Shown: positions 10,350 to 20,738 of the stretch, piece after piece | How the letters are laid out: each line of letters starts with the position of its first letter | Position numbering within the stretch: position 1 is the first letter of the stretch | Source of the DNA: Candidatus Marinacidobacterales bacterium | GTDB taxonomy: Bacteria > Acidobacteriota > Vicinamibacteria > Marinacidobacterales > SMYC01 | Direction of reading: 5' to 3' | NCBI GenBank assembly: GCA_965224085.1 | Contig: CBDCYI010000011.1 | Coordinates: forward strand, 608,001-672,000 | DNA length: 64,000 nucleotides | Notes under the pieces: generated by a model | Databases searched by the model: none | The model's input: only the letters and a program-made list of their open reading frames with translations | Told to the model about the DNA's origin: nothing | Program-made: the position numbers and the translations under genes

Positions 10350-11801
10350 ATGTTCGTTTGGCAGAAAGCCGTTCGTCTGTGCAGTTTACTTTGTGCATCC
10401 GCCCTCTGTTGCTGTCAGCCCACGGATGCGATTGTCCCCGAGGCGACACTCGCGATCGTGGGTGGCACGCTGATCGACGGCACGGGAGGCGAGCCTCAAC
10501 CGAATTCCGTCATTCTAGTGAATGACAAGCGAATCGTGGAAGTCGGAGCCATGGGAGAGCTAAAGGTCCCGGACGGCGTGAAAACGGTGCCGGCTACAGG
10601 TAAGTACGTCACCCCCGGCCTCATCGACTCGAACGTTCATCTCGCGATGAACGGGCTGTCGGACGCCAAGCATTGGGTGAGCATCGCGGGGCGCTTCGAG
10701 GAGTACGCCGCCGTGCATGCCCGCGTCAGCTTGATGACTGGATTGACCACGGTTCGGGACACCTGGGGGCCTACGGACGCACTGATTTCCCTTCGCGACA
10801 AGATTGACCGGGGGGAAGTAGAGGGAGCACGTATCGTGCTTTCCGGACCCATCGTCCAGCACAAAGCCCCATTGCGGAAGCTCGAGCCTCATGAGGAAGC
10901 AGAGGTTGATCCGAAGACCCAGGAACTTGTCTGGGCACAGATGGAGTGCAATGTCGAAGGCCCCGTCGAGGAGGGGCGCGAGGAAGTGCGTAGACTCATT
11001 GCCAAAGGCATTGATTTTGTCAAGTTCTCCTCCACCGGTGACGACTACGGGGATGAGCCGATTCTTCCGCAGGAGAGCCTGGACATGATTGTCGAAGAGG
11101 CACACCGTGCGGGCCTTACTGCCGAGTCCCATACGATGGAGGCGGAGGGGTTGCGAATGGCTTTGCTGGCGGGTGCCGACGCCATGCAACACCCGGAGGT
11201 CATGACAAAAGAGATGCCCGATGACATTATCGATATGATTGTCGAACGGGGAGTTATTTCTGTGCCGATCATTCTCGCCTTGCAACGCCACACGTTGGAA
11301 TTGGACGATCCTTTGGTTATGAAAACGCTGCCGGTGAACCTGCAGGATGAATACGAGCGGTTCGTCGCGAATGTGCGGAAGGCACCCGAGCGCCGGCGCA
11401 AAACGATCGAGGAATTTCAGCAGAACTTCGACATTTCAATCGAGAACGTCCGCAAGCTGATCTCCGCAGGGGCGGTGATCGCGATGGGCACCGACGCCGG
11501 CACAACCAAGAACTTTCACGAGGCGGCGAATCATTTCGAAGAGCTGGAATGGTACGTCGAGCTAGGGATGACTCCAATGGAGGCTTTGCTGAGCGCCACG
11601 AGGAACGGCGCGCAGTTGTTGCGGCGGGACGATCTCGGAGTCATCGAGCCCGGCGCAATAGCGGATATTCTCGTTGTTGATGGCGACCCACTTGAGGATA
11701 TCGGCAACATGCGGCAGCTGCTGGTAGTGATCAAAGAAGGCGAGGTGATGCTTGACCGGAGTGCCTCCGAGCAGACGTCTTCGCGCGATCTTGTCCCGTA
11801 G
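10350..11801 (+). CDS. Metal-dependent amidohydrolase family protein
   Basis: GKYVTPGLIDSNVH, GTDAG, GMTPMEALLSAT, ADILVVDGDPLEDI. Confidence 0.85.
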   Translation: MFVWQKAVRLCSLLCASALCCCQPTDAIVPEATLAIVGGTLIDGTGGEPQPNSVILVNDKRIVEVGAMGELKVPDGVKTVPATGKYVTPGLIDSNVHLAMNGLSDAKHWVSIAGRFEEYAAVHARVSLMTGLTTVRDTWGPTDALISLRDKIDRGEVEGARIVLSGPIVQHKAPLRKLEPHEEAEVDPKTQELVWAQMECNVEGPVEEGREEVRRLIAKGIDFVKFSSTGDDYGDEPILPQESLDMIVEEAHRAGLTAESHTMEAEGLRMALLAGADAMQHPEVMTKEMPDDIIDMIVERGVISVPIILALQRHTLELDDPLVMKTLPVNLQDEYERFVANVRKAPERRRKTIEEFQQNFDISIENVRKLISAGAVIAMGTDAGTTKNFHEAANHFEELEWYVELGMTPMEALLSATRNGAQLLRRDDLGVIEPGAIADILVVDGDPLEDIGNMRQLLVVIKEGEVMLDRSASEQTSSRDLVP

Positions 11802-11820
11802 TGTGCCAAAACCCGATCGA
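11798..11820 (+). repeat. Orphan mobile-element end, copy of 41622-41643
   Basis: GTAGTGTGCCAAAACCCGATC vs GTAGTGTGCCAAAACTCGATC. Confidence 0.55.
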
Positions 11821-11973
11821 GCGACTCCATCATTATCAGAAGGCCATTCTCGGCGTTGAGAATGCGGAGACGGCTGTCGGGAAACGAGGGCATTACACCT
11901 CTTCAAGGCTACATCGTGATGCCTCTGACCAACTTCGGCCTCACCGCCCTCACTGGTCTGGTAGCCGCCGTGG

Positions 11974-12663
11974 TCATCGGACCGGTCGTGCTATGGATCC
12001 GTCGCCGCTGATGGCTCTCAACTGAGCCAGCCCCTCCTCCACCTCCTCGCGGGGCAGCTTGCCCTGCTCGAGCGCATCATCGGGTTTCCTGAGCAACCGC
12101 TCGTAGAACTCGATCCCCTCGGGGACGAGCTCGGCGTGTCCCGCGTCGATGAGCTCGAACAACGTGTCTTCGGCATCCGCATAGGCGCCTTCGCGCTCGT
12201 AGTGCCACATGAGCCGTTTTTGGATCTCCGGTACGGGTGCTTCGGCGGCTAGCTCGTCGAGCAACGTCTCGATCTTCTCGAGATAGCGGTCCGCATCGGG
12301 AATGCGCGCGAGGCTTTCACGCCCAGAGACTTCGAGATAGAGCCCGAGCGCGCGCACCCGCGATTGGTACGCGCCGCCGTCCTCCCCTTTGAGCGTTTTG
12401 ACCTCGCCATCTTCATAAAGAAGCTCGGCGACGACGAGACTTTTCCCGGGGTCGAGGATTCCCCCCGGGCTGAAGAGCGCGACGATCTGCTCGAGCGGTA
12501 GAGCGTGCAACGTGCGGACATCGAGCCCAACGAGGTTCTTGGCGGCCGTGGTGATGGCGTCTTCAGCCTCGTTGTACCGTTTGGCTTTTCGGAGCGTGAG
12601 GACGGCGCCGAGGGTCTTGGCGAGCTGTTCGACGAGCCTGAGTATGTAATCGCGCTGGAACAT
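11974..12663 (-). CDS. DUF6483-like helical protein
   Basis: MFQRDYILRLVEQL N-terminus; YADAEDTLF; GxLPREEVEEG. Confidence 0.7.
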   Translation of the reverse strand: MFQRDYILRLVEQLAKTLGAVLTLRKAKRYNEAEDAITTAAKNLVGLDVRTLHALPLEQIVALFSPGGILDPGKSLVVAELLYEDGEVKTLKGEDGGAYQSRVRALGLYLEVSGRESLARIPDADRYLEKIETLLDELAAEAPVPEIQKRLMWHYEREGAYADAEDTLFELIDAGHAELVPEGIEFYERLLRKPDDALEQGKLPREEVEEGLAQLRAISGDGSIARPVR

Positions 12664-12703
12664 CCCGCCTCGAGATCCGATGTCGATGTCGAAATCAGTG
12701 GTC

Positions 12704-13445
12704 TCAATGGGTCAGTGCGTAAATGACGTAATTGACTCCGAGCTTGTAACCTTCGTTCGTGAGCTCGATTGGGTAGTAGCCGTGTTCGGACCACTCCCAG
12801 TATTCCCCGATATCATTGTTAAAATTGGCGACGACCACTAGCCGGCCGTCGTCGTCGCGAAGTCCCCAGAACGAGGAGGCTTCATAGGAGCCATAGCCGG
12901 CCGGCATTTCGAGGGTCTTGATATGGAAGAAGCTCTGGAACACAGGGTCCTCGAGCTCGAGCCTCTCGAAGTGACGCCCGGGTAAGACGCTCGCCATGCA
13001 CGCTTCGAAGTTCTCCCAATCCCAAGGCCCGTCGAAGTCGTCGAAGATGGCAAATCCGCCTTTCGCGAGATAGTGGCGAAAGTTCGCGGTTTCCTCGGGC
13101 GTGATCGCCCAAGTACCAGGCTCGCTGAAATAGGCCAGCGGATAGAGCATGAGATCCGGGCTGTCGAGCCGGACGATCGTGTGCGCCGCGGGCTCCGTAT
13201 AAACGTCGGTGACCTCGGACAAAATGCGCAGGAGGTTGCGCTCGGCGCGCGGGTAATCATGAGACCAGCCGGGGCGTCTCCCTTCACGATGGGACTGAAA
13301 CCTCACGCGTGCGAAGGAGAAATTCGGCGCGATGGTGGGCGTGAGGTCGACCGGCGGTGGTTCGCGCCGCCGGCGGCGCTCCCATTGCGCCCCCTCGGCC
13401 ACGAGCGAAATCAAGCGCTATGATTGCAAGCGCTCTGACGAGCAT
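12704..13445 (-). CDS. DUF4159 domain protein (likely 5' frameshift near 13415)
   Basis: WSHDYPRAERN, YLAKGGFAIFDDF, LGVNYVIYALTH; a signal-peptide ATG at 13445 is out of frame with the 13414 ORF. Confidence 0.8.
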
Positions 13446-13514
13446 GCTGGCCTCCCTAGTCTTACTGTGGGATCATACGCCAGCCTTGCCATCTGAACAA
13501 AGGAGGTTTTGTCG

Positions 13515-13910
13515 ATGAAACGTGTTGCCGTCAATCCCTGGGAGTGGTCCAAACAGTATCAATTCAATCAAGGCGAAGTCCTCGAAGGCGTGAGCCGCCA
13601 ACTCGTCTGCTCGGGCCAGACCTCCATTGACGCCGAGGGCAGCGTCCAACATCCGGACGATTTGAGAGGCCAGATTACGGCGGCCATGGATAATCTCCGG
13701 GCCGTGTTGAACGTCGCAGGGATGGGCTACGAGAACCTCACCCGCGTCACCGTGTACACGACCGATGTGGACGAGATGATCCAGAATTGGGACGCCTTTG
13801 CGGGACCGCTCGCGGCCGCGAACGTCATGCCCCCCAACACGCTGATCGGTGTAGCTCGCCTGGCCTTCCCCGAGCTAAAAGTGGAAATCCAAGCCGACGC
13901 TGCCGACTGA
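13515..13910 (+). CDS. RidA/YjgF/UK114 family protein
   Basis: SGQT, VYTTDVD, TLIGVARLAFPELKVEI. Confidence 0.9.
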   Translation: MKRVAVNPWEWSKQYQFNQGEVLEGVSRQLVCSGQTSIDAEGSVQHPDDLRGQITAAMDNLRAVLNVAGMGYENLTRVTVYTTDVDEMIQNWDAFAGPLAAANVMPPNTLIGVARLAFPELKVEIQADAAD

Positions 13911-14016
13911 GTTTCCGGGAACCATCCGCCCCGCAAAACCGTAAAACCCGAGTAGGCGTCGAAATACGCCCAGGCCAGCAGTCAGCAGGTAGCACCAACG
14001 AAAATACGGAGACAAA

Positions 14017-14640
14017 GTGCAGGATCTCGCAGGCGATATTCGATACGCGTTGCGGACGCTCGTCCGTCAGCCAGGCTTTACCCTCGTGGCGGTGCTTTCG
14101 CTCGCCCTCGGGATCGGTCTGAATACGACCATCTTCAGCGTCGTGAACGCGATCCTTCTCAAGGAGCTTCCCATCGAGGACCCGGGCCGCCTTGTCGAGA
14201 TCTACTCGAGCCCCGCCGAAGAATTCCCGCATTTAACGTCGTCCTATCCGGACTTTCTCGATATCCAAAAGGAGACCGAGGCCTTCGAAGGACTCGCCGC
14301 GCATGCCATGGTCCGCGGCATCGTGACGACCGAGGGACAATCCGACGTCGTCACCGGCGAAGTTGTCACCGCGAGCTATTTCGAGCTGCTCGGGGTGAGG
14401 CCTGTCCTCGGACGCGGTTTCCATGCGGAGGAAGATACGAGCGAAGGCACGCATCCCGTGATGGTCGTGAGCCACGGCCTCTGGCAGCGCCGCCTTGGCG
14501 GGGACCCCGATGTGGTCGGAAAGTCACTTCGGCTGAGCGGCGTGGACTACAACATCGTCGGCGTCGCGCCCGAATCCTATACGGGCACCATTCCTGGAAT
14601 CCGTCCCGAGTACTGGGTGCCGACCGCGATGGTGGAAGGT
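14017..14640 (+). pseudogene. ADOP/MacB-like ABC permease N-terminal fragment, fused in frame to the next gene
   Basis: DIRYALRTLVRQPGFT, LALGIGLNTTIFSVVNAILL, SYPDF; similarity ends near 14640. Confidence 0.8.
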
Positions 14641-14647
14641 ATCGACA

Positions 14648-15474
14648 TGAAGTTCCTCGTCGCGCTGATGGCGCTAGGTTGCACCGTCGGTTCGGCCCAT
14701 GCCGAACAGACAGTACGGGAGATCACGTGGACGGGCTCGTTGCCCGATGGCGCCGAGCGCGGCCCGCAAGGGTCAGGCTCAGTGACGGTCACTTCGATGA
14801 GCGACGGCGGGCTCACAGTGACGCTTCTGGAGCTCGAGGATCCGGGCATAACCAAGCTTCGCTACGCACTGAAGGGCCGCGTCCGCTACGAAAAGGTCGA
14901 TGGCAAAGGCTTCGTCGAGATGTGGAATGTTTTCGATGACGGACGTTACTTCACCCGCACCAATCTCGACCAGGGGCCGATGCGCGCGATCTCCGGAAGC
15001 TCGGGCTGGCGCGACATTGTTTTGCCTTTCGACGCGACGGGCGGGAACGCGCCGCCCAAGGGACTTGTTATTAATGTTGTCTTGCCCGGACGTGGCATGG
15101 TGACACTCTCGCCGATGACGCTCGTCGAGCTCGAACAAGGGGAGTGGCCGTCCGGAAGCGGCGTGATGTCTGGTCTATGGGGCGGTATTACCGGCGCGGT
15201 CGTTGGAACCCTCTGCGGGCTTCTCGGCTGGCTCGGCGGAAAAGGCCAAGCGAAAACGGTCGTGCTCTTCGGCTTTCGCGCGATGATGACGGCCGGCGCG
15301 GTCGCGCTCGTGATCGGCATCTGGAGCTTTACGAAGGGTGCCAGCTACGACCTCTACTACCCGCTCGTTCTGATCGGCGGGATCTCATTCCTCGTATCCA
15401 TTTCCGCCTTGCCGCGTCTCCATAGACGGTACGAAGCGATCGAGCTTCGACGCATGTCCGCGCTCGATGCGTAG
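14648..15474 (+). CDS. Hypothetical secreted/membrane protein
   Basis: Own signal peptide MKFLVALMALGC..., beta-rich domain, three C-terminal TM helices. Confidence 0.6.
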
Positions 15475-15503
15475 CGTCCTGGAAGCGGGTATGATCCGCT
15501 GCC

Positions 15504-16647
15504 ATGACGTACCGACTTCCCATCCTCGCGCTGGTCGCCTGCGCGGCCTGCCAGCCCGAGCCCGAACAACATCTCGCAGACTGGGTGCTGAGAAGCGGCA
15601 TCGTCTACACCGTCGACGCGGAACGAAGCGCGGCTGAAGCCATTGCGATTACCGGCGATCGCATCGCCTATGTCGGCGACGATGGCGGCGCCGGGGTCTT
15701 CATCGGGCCCGAGACCCAGGTAGTCGATCTCGATGGGAAGATGTTGCTTCCCGGATTCTTCGACGCTCACTCGCATCCGTCGCACGCGCCCGTGGATTCA
15801 CTCTCCGTACGCCTCTACGGGCAGACGTCGCTCGAAGGCTACCTCGACACGCTCCGCGAATATGCGCGTGCCTATCCCGACCGAGCGGCGATTCAGGGCG
15901 CGGGTTGGAGTAATACACTGTTCCCGCCGAGCGGACCCAGGCGGCAAGACCTCGACCGCGTTGTTTCAAATCGCCCTGTGCTATTCTCCTCTGAAGATGG
16001 TCACTCGAGTTGGGTAAACTCGAAAGCGCTCGAGCTGGCGGGTGTCACCAAAGACACGCCGGATCCGGAAGGCGGCATCATCGAGCGCGACCCCAATACG
16101 GGCGAGCCGAGCGGCACGCTGCGCGAAAGCGCCTCGGGACTGGTGGCGGATGTCGCGGCGCCCGCAACGGTCGCGGAGCGCCTCCTCGCGCTCGAGATTT
16201 TTCAGGAGATGGCGGCACAGGGCGGCGTGACGACTGTGCGAGACGCGTATGTGGGGCTCGATGACGTTGCGAGCGACGCCTATGTGCGCGCGGATCTCAC
16301 GGTGCGCTTCCGTGCGAACTTGCTCTTCGGGCCGGAGGAAAGCCTCGATAGCGTGAGCCGCTATGTTGAGGAGTGTTCTGAGGAGCGACGATCCTGACGA
16401 TCCTGCTCGGACGCTCGGGCCTGAGCAGAGCGCCAGCCTCGAAGACATGATCGCGAGCTTTACGATAAACGGAGCTTTCGCGAGCTTTCTCGAGGACGAG
16501 ACCGGTTCTATCGAGACCGGTAAGCTCGCGGACCTCGTCGTCCTCGAGAGCAACTTGTTCGACATACCCTTCGAAAACATTAGCGAGACCCGTGTGCTCA
16601 TGACGTTTTTCGAGGGTGAGCCCGTATTCCGCGCAGATGGATTCTGA
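15504..16647 (+). pseudogene. Amidohydrolase 3 (YtcJ-like), internally deleted near 16370
   Basis: PGFFDAHSH, DGHSSWVNSKALELAG, GTLRE; the C-terminal TINGA...GKLAD part is in another frame and the middle is missing. Confidence 0.8.
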
Positions 16648-18458
16648 TCATGAGAGCCATAATTGCCATCGCACTATTATCGGCTGCCGCAGCCGCGCAA
16701 GACGACGCGAAGGACGATGCTTGGGACGTGGGCGCCACTTTCGGCCCCACGAGCCCGCTCGAGTTCGAGACCACCGAAGGTACGTGGATGAACCTCGACA
16801 TCAGCCCCGACGGTACCCAGATCGTCTTCGACCTTCTCGGAGATCTCTACGTGATGCCCGTTTTGGGCGGCACGGCGACGCGGCTGACCGAGGGCGCCGC
16901 GTTCGACATGCAGCCGCGTTTTTCCCCGAACGGAGAGAGCATTGCCTTTGCGAGCGACCGCGACGGGGCGACGAATCTATGGATCGTGGACCGGGACGGC
17001 GCGAACCCGCGCCAGGTTTCGAAAGAGAAGAAGTGGTTCATCAACAGCCCGACGTGGTCGGCGGACGGTGACTATCTGTTCGCGCGCCATCATTTCGTCG
17101 CCCAGCGTTCGCTCGGCGCGGGAGAGATCTGGCTCTACCACATCCGCGGCTCCGGCGGTCTTCAAGTCACCGAGAAGGTCACGTTCCAGAAGGACGCGGG
17201 CGAGCCTTCGATCTCACGCGACGGCCGCTATCTTTATTACAGCAAGGACGTCACACCGAGCCCGAAATTCGAGTACAACAAGGATCCGAACGGAGCCATC
17301 TACGCCATCGTGCGGCGCGACCTCGCGACCGGCGACGAGCGCCGCGTGGTGGACATCCAGGGAGGTGCTATGAGCCCTGCCATCTCTCCCGACGGCAAAC
17401 ATCTCGCCTTCATCCGCCGCATCCGACTTCAGAGTCATCTCTACCTCCAGAACATGGAGACGGGCGAGCAGTGGTCGATCTTCGACGGCCTCGACAAAGA
17501 CCTACAAGAAGCCTGGGCCATCCACGGGCTCTACCCGCAATACAGTTGGACCCCTGACGGGAAGAACATTTTCATATGGCGGCACGGCAAGATCTGGCGC
17601 GTGGACGTCGAGGCACAAAAGGGCGCGGAGGTGCCCTTTCGCGCCCGGGTCGAGCAGACGATCCACGACGCTTTGCGCTTTCCTCAAAGAGTCTTCGAGC
17701 CCGAGTTTCCCGTGCGGATGCTGCGCCACGTTGCGACCTCTTCGGACGGTGGGGAAGTCGTCTATAGCGCGCTCGGGCGTCTCTATCGCAAAGTCTTGCC
17801 CGACGGCGCGCCAGCTCGCCTGACGGAGGACGAGCACATCGAGTACGCGCCTTCTTATTCTCCGGACAAAAACACGATTGTCTACGCGACGTGGTCCGAT
17901 GACGAGAAAGGGAGAATCCGCACCATCGCGCCTGACGGCTCCGGAGCGCGTGAGCTCGTCTCGGTGCGTGGGCACTACACCGACCCTTCGTTCTCGCCGG
18001 ATGGGAAGCACATTGTCTATCGCCGGACGACGGGCGACTCGCTTCGCGGCGAGACCTTTGGGACGGATCCCGGTATCTACGTCGTTTCATTGGATGGAGT
18101 GGATGGCGGTGAGCCGTCTCTCGTTCGCGAGTCGGGTGTAGCGCCCCGTTTCGACCACACGGGCGAGCGCGTCTATTTCGCCGAGCGGCGTGACGATAAG
18201 ACCCTGCTCGCGAGCGTCGAGCTCGACGGTAGCGAAGAGATCGTCCATCTGGAATCCGAGAACGCCACTCAGATCGTGCCGTCCCCCGACGGGCGTTGGG
18301 TGGCTTTCGTCGAGCGGTTCAAAGTGTTCGTAGCGCCTTTTCCTCGCACGGGCCGTACGGTGAGTATCGGGCCGGAAGGATCCGCGATCCCCATCAAAGA
18401 AGTCTCGGGCGATATGGACTCCCCACGCCGGATCAAGAGAAAACGTTCTTCGTAATAG

Positions 18459-19716
18459 TCATCCGCGATTCGCTTTTTTTGTGGGCCACCGGGAGGGGTC
18501 GTAAAGGGTTCCTTGTCGAAGCATCGCAATGGCGATGGGGAGAATGCGGTCCATGACGCCTCTGAGAGCTCTGGCATGGCTGTGGCCTCTGTCACGAAGC
18601 CGGTCGTAGTGTTCTTTGAAGTGGGGGTCGTGCAAAACGGCAGTGCGTGCCCAATGGTGGAGAGCATTATTGAGGGGCAAAGAGCGAGCTCTCCTCATCA
18701 GGATCGTTGGTCGCAACTGACCGCGCTTGCCGCTCTTTTTTGTGACAGGAGCAATGCCGCCGAGAGTCCTGAAGGCGTTGAGATTACGGAGCCGAATGGG
18801 GTCGTGGGCATAGCAGAGCACGGAGGCGAGCACGTAAGCACCGACGCCGGGCAAAGAGGCAAGAATGGCAGGGTCGGAGCAATGCTCGTCGGTTAGTGCT
18901 TGCACGCGCTTGAACCACTTCTCGAGATGCTGGTCGGAGGCACGACGATGTTGTCGAACGAGGAGCAACTGCTGGAGTAGTAGTTGGAGATGCTCGGCGG
19001 TAGCTTGAGTGGTTGCGGTTGCGACCCGGAGAGGTTTTTGTTTGAGGGTATCGAGGATCTTCTCGGGTTTTAGACGTCGGATGCGGTGTTTTTGAGCGAG
19101 GGTCTCAATGGAGTGGCGGCTAAGAGGGTTGGGGCTGGATTCGAAGAAGAGTTTTAGGAGCTCGCAGAAAAAAGCGTCGAGAGCCTTGTCCTTTGGCGCG
19201 AGCGAGACGAGGTGAGGCCAGCAACGAGTAAGGAGTTCTCGGATCTGCGAGCTGAGGGCCACATGGTTTTTGACGAGTTGGTCGCGGGTACTCAGCAACC
19301 CGCGCATAGCGAGGATCTCCGTAGGTGGGAGATGCAAGCGCTGAAAGCGGTGGCCGTCGGTTCTGAGCGAATCGGCGAGAACGAAGGCGTCTCGCCGATC
19401 ATCCTTGGCGCCGCTCATAGAATGCCGGTCGCGGAAACGGTCGACCTGCTTGGGATTGATGGAGAAAATGGCGATGCCGTGGTCAAGAAAGAGCTCGACG
19501 ACGGCCCCATGAGGTTTTTCGATCGCCACCGCGATGCGCTCGGTATCTTGCGAGGTCTCTTCCAAAAGCCAGTCGATGGTTCCCGATAGTCCTTCGCGGC
19601 TATGGGGGGAAGCCTCTCTCCGCCAAGAAGTTACCTTTGGCATCGACCACACTGGCCAAGTGAAGCCATTGACCCAGGTCGATACCGACGAAGAAGTCGT
19701 ATTTGAGTTGATTCAT
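18459..19716 (-). CDS. IS110 DEDD recombinase/transposase (frameshift in the G6 run at 19604-19609)
   Basis: FFVGIDLG, AVAIEKP, KDDRRDAFVLAD, SLPGVG, GIAPVTKKSGK, HARALR. Confidence 0.92.
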
Positions 19717-19734
19717 GGAAGAACTCATTTCCGC

Positions 19735-19885
19735 CAGCGCATGTGATGTTTCATCGGCCCCTGTACTGGCGCTCGAAGCGCAACTCCCCACTGGATGTCC
19801 ATCACAAAAGAATTGCCGGCACGCATGTCCATTCCTGGCGCTAGGAGCGCAGGGCGACGTATGGCGTTGCCGGCAAGCTGCTGAC
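19735..19885 (-). ncRNA. Putative IS110 bridge RNA (target- and donor-binding loops)
   Basis: Two stem-loops (19742-48/19800-06 and 19813-21/19868-76), each with an inner hairpin flanked by segments that match the element ends or the insertion site. Confidence 0.8.
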
Positions 19886-19923
19886 GAAATCGAAAATAGT
19901 CCAAGCTCATCGTGATATTTGCT

Positions 19924-20340
19924 CTACCATGGCAATCGGAGTTGTCGCGCGATGCCACGAGTTCGTGCTCGGTTTTTTCTCGGTAGTTTCGGGCGAAGCA
20001 CGTCCGAGAGTTTTTCTCGAATGTAAAGAACATAAGGCGGGTCTAGATATTGACTTTGCACTTCCTGGAGCACAGGTGAAAAATAACGAAGGGAGCGAAT
20101 GGGCTGCAGTGGCTCCTCATGTTCTTGTAGCTCCCTACGAGCGCAACCCAGAAGTAGGGCACACTCGAATTCGTGTAACGGGACTCCTTGGCGGTAGAGC
20201 TGCGTCGCGATGAAGCGGTCGTCGCGCCGTGGCCGCTCAGGTGTGTTCGGAATGGAAAGATAGAGGTCCAAAATCGTCCGGACGTAATTGTTTTCTGTCA
20301 GAGCATCGCTCGTGAGCGGTTCATTACCCAGCTTCGACAT
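19924..20340 (-). CDS. IS110 accessory hypothetical protein, 138 aa
   Basis: Intact ORF (YVRTILDLY...ALLLGCARR...PIRSLRYF) whose start overlaps the upstream ORF; lies inside the element. Confidence 0.7.
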   Translation of the reverse strand: MSKLGNEPLTSDALTENNYVRTILDLYLSIPNTPERPRRDDRFIATQLYRQGVPLHEFECALLLGCARRELQEHEEPLQPIRSLRYFSPVLQEVQSQYLDPPYVLYIREKLSDVLRPKLPRKNRARTRGIARQLRLPW

Positions 20341-20738
20341 CCTTTAGCCTCCCGCGTCGGCCGCAGATACAGCATTTGGCATATCTGATACTGTCAATCT
20401 TCGTTTTCATTGAATGAGCCATCGGGCCACTAGCTTGAATTTCACGAACTCCTAGACTGCCAGAATTACTGGGGTGAATGAACCCTTGCTCCGTCACTAT
20501 TTTCGCCGCCTGGCGTAGACGATAATTCTGTTGCCGAGCCGCGTGGAGTTTTCGTGAGTTGAAACCTTTCTGGTAATTTCGGTTATTTTCGCGCTGGTTC
20601 TTATCGCCGGGTTTCGTCACGGCAGGTTGGACCGCAGTAGCACTGTCCCTGGTAACATGACTTGCAGATGAAGAAAGGCATCCCACAGCTTTTGTTGCGG
20701 CAGAAAAGCCGGAGAAGAACGACAGGTTTGGTGGCCAT
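20324..20738 (-). CDS. IS110 accessory Cys-rich (putative Zn-binding) basic protein, frameshift near 20603
   Basis: CRNKSC..FFICKSC..CYCGPTCR, then NRNYQ..HAARQQNYR and a C-terminal CCICG. Confidence 0.65.

Noticed and set aside
14017-15474. Novel permease-fusion protein
   Set aside because: The second half has its own Met and signal peptide; better explained as a deletion junction
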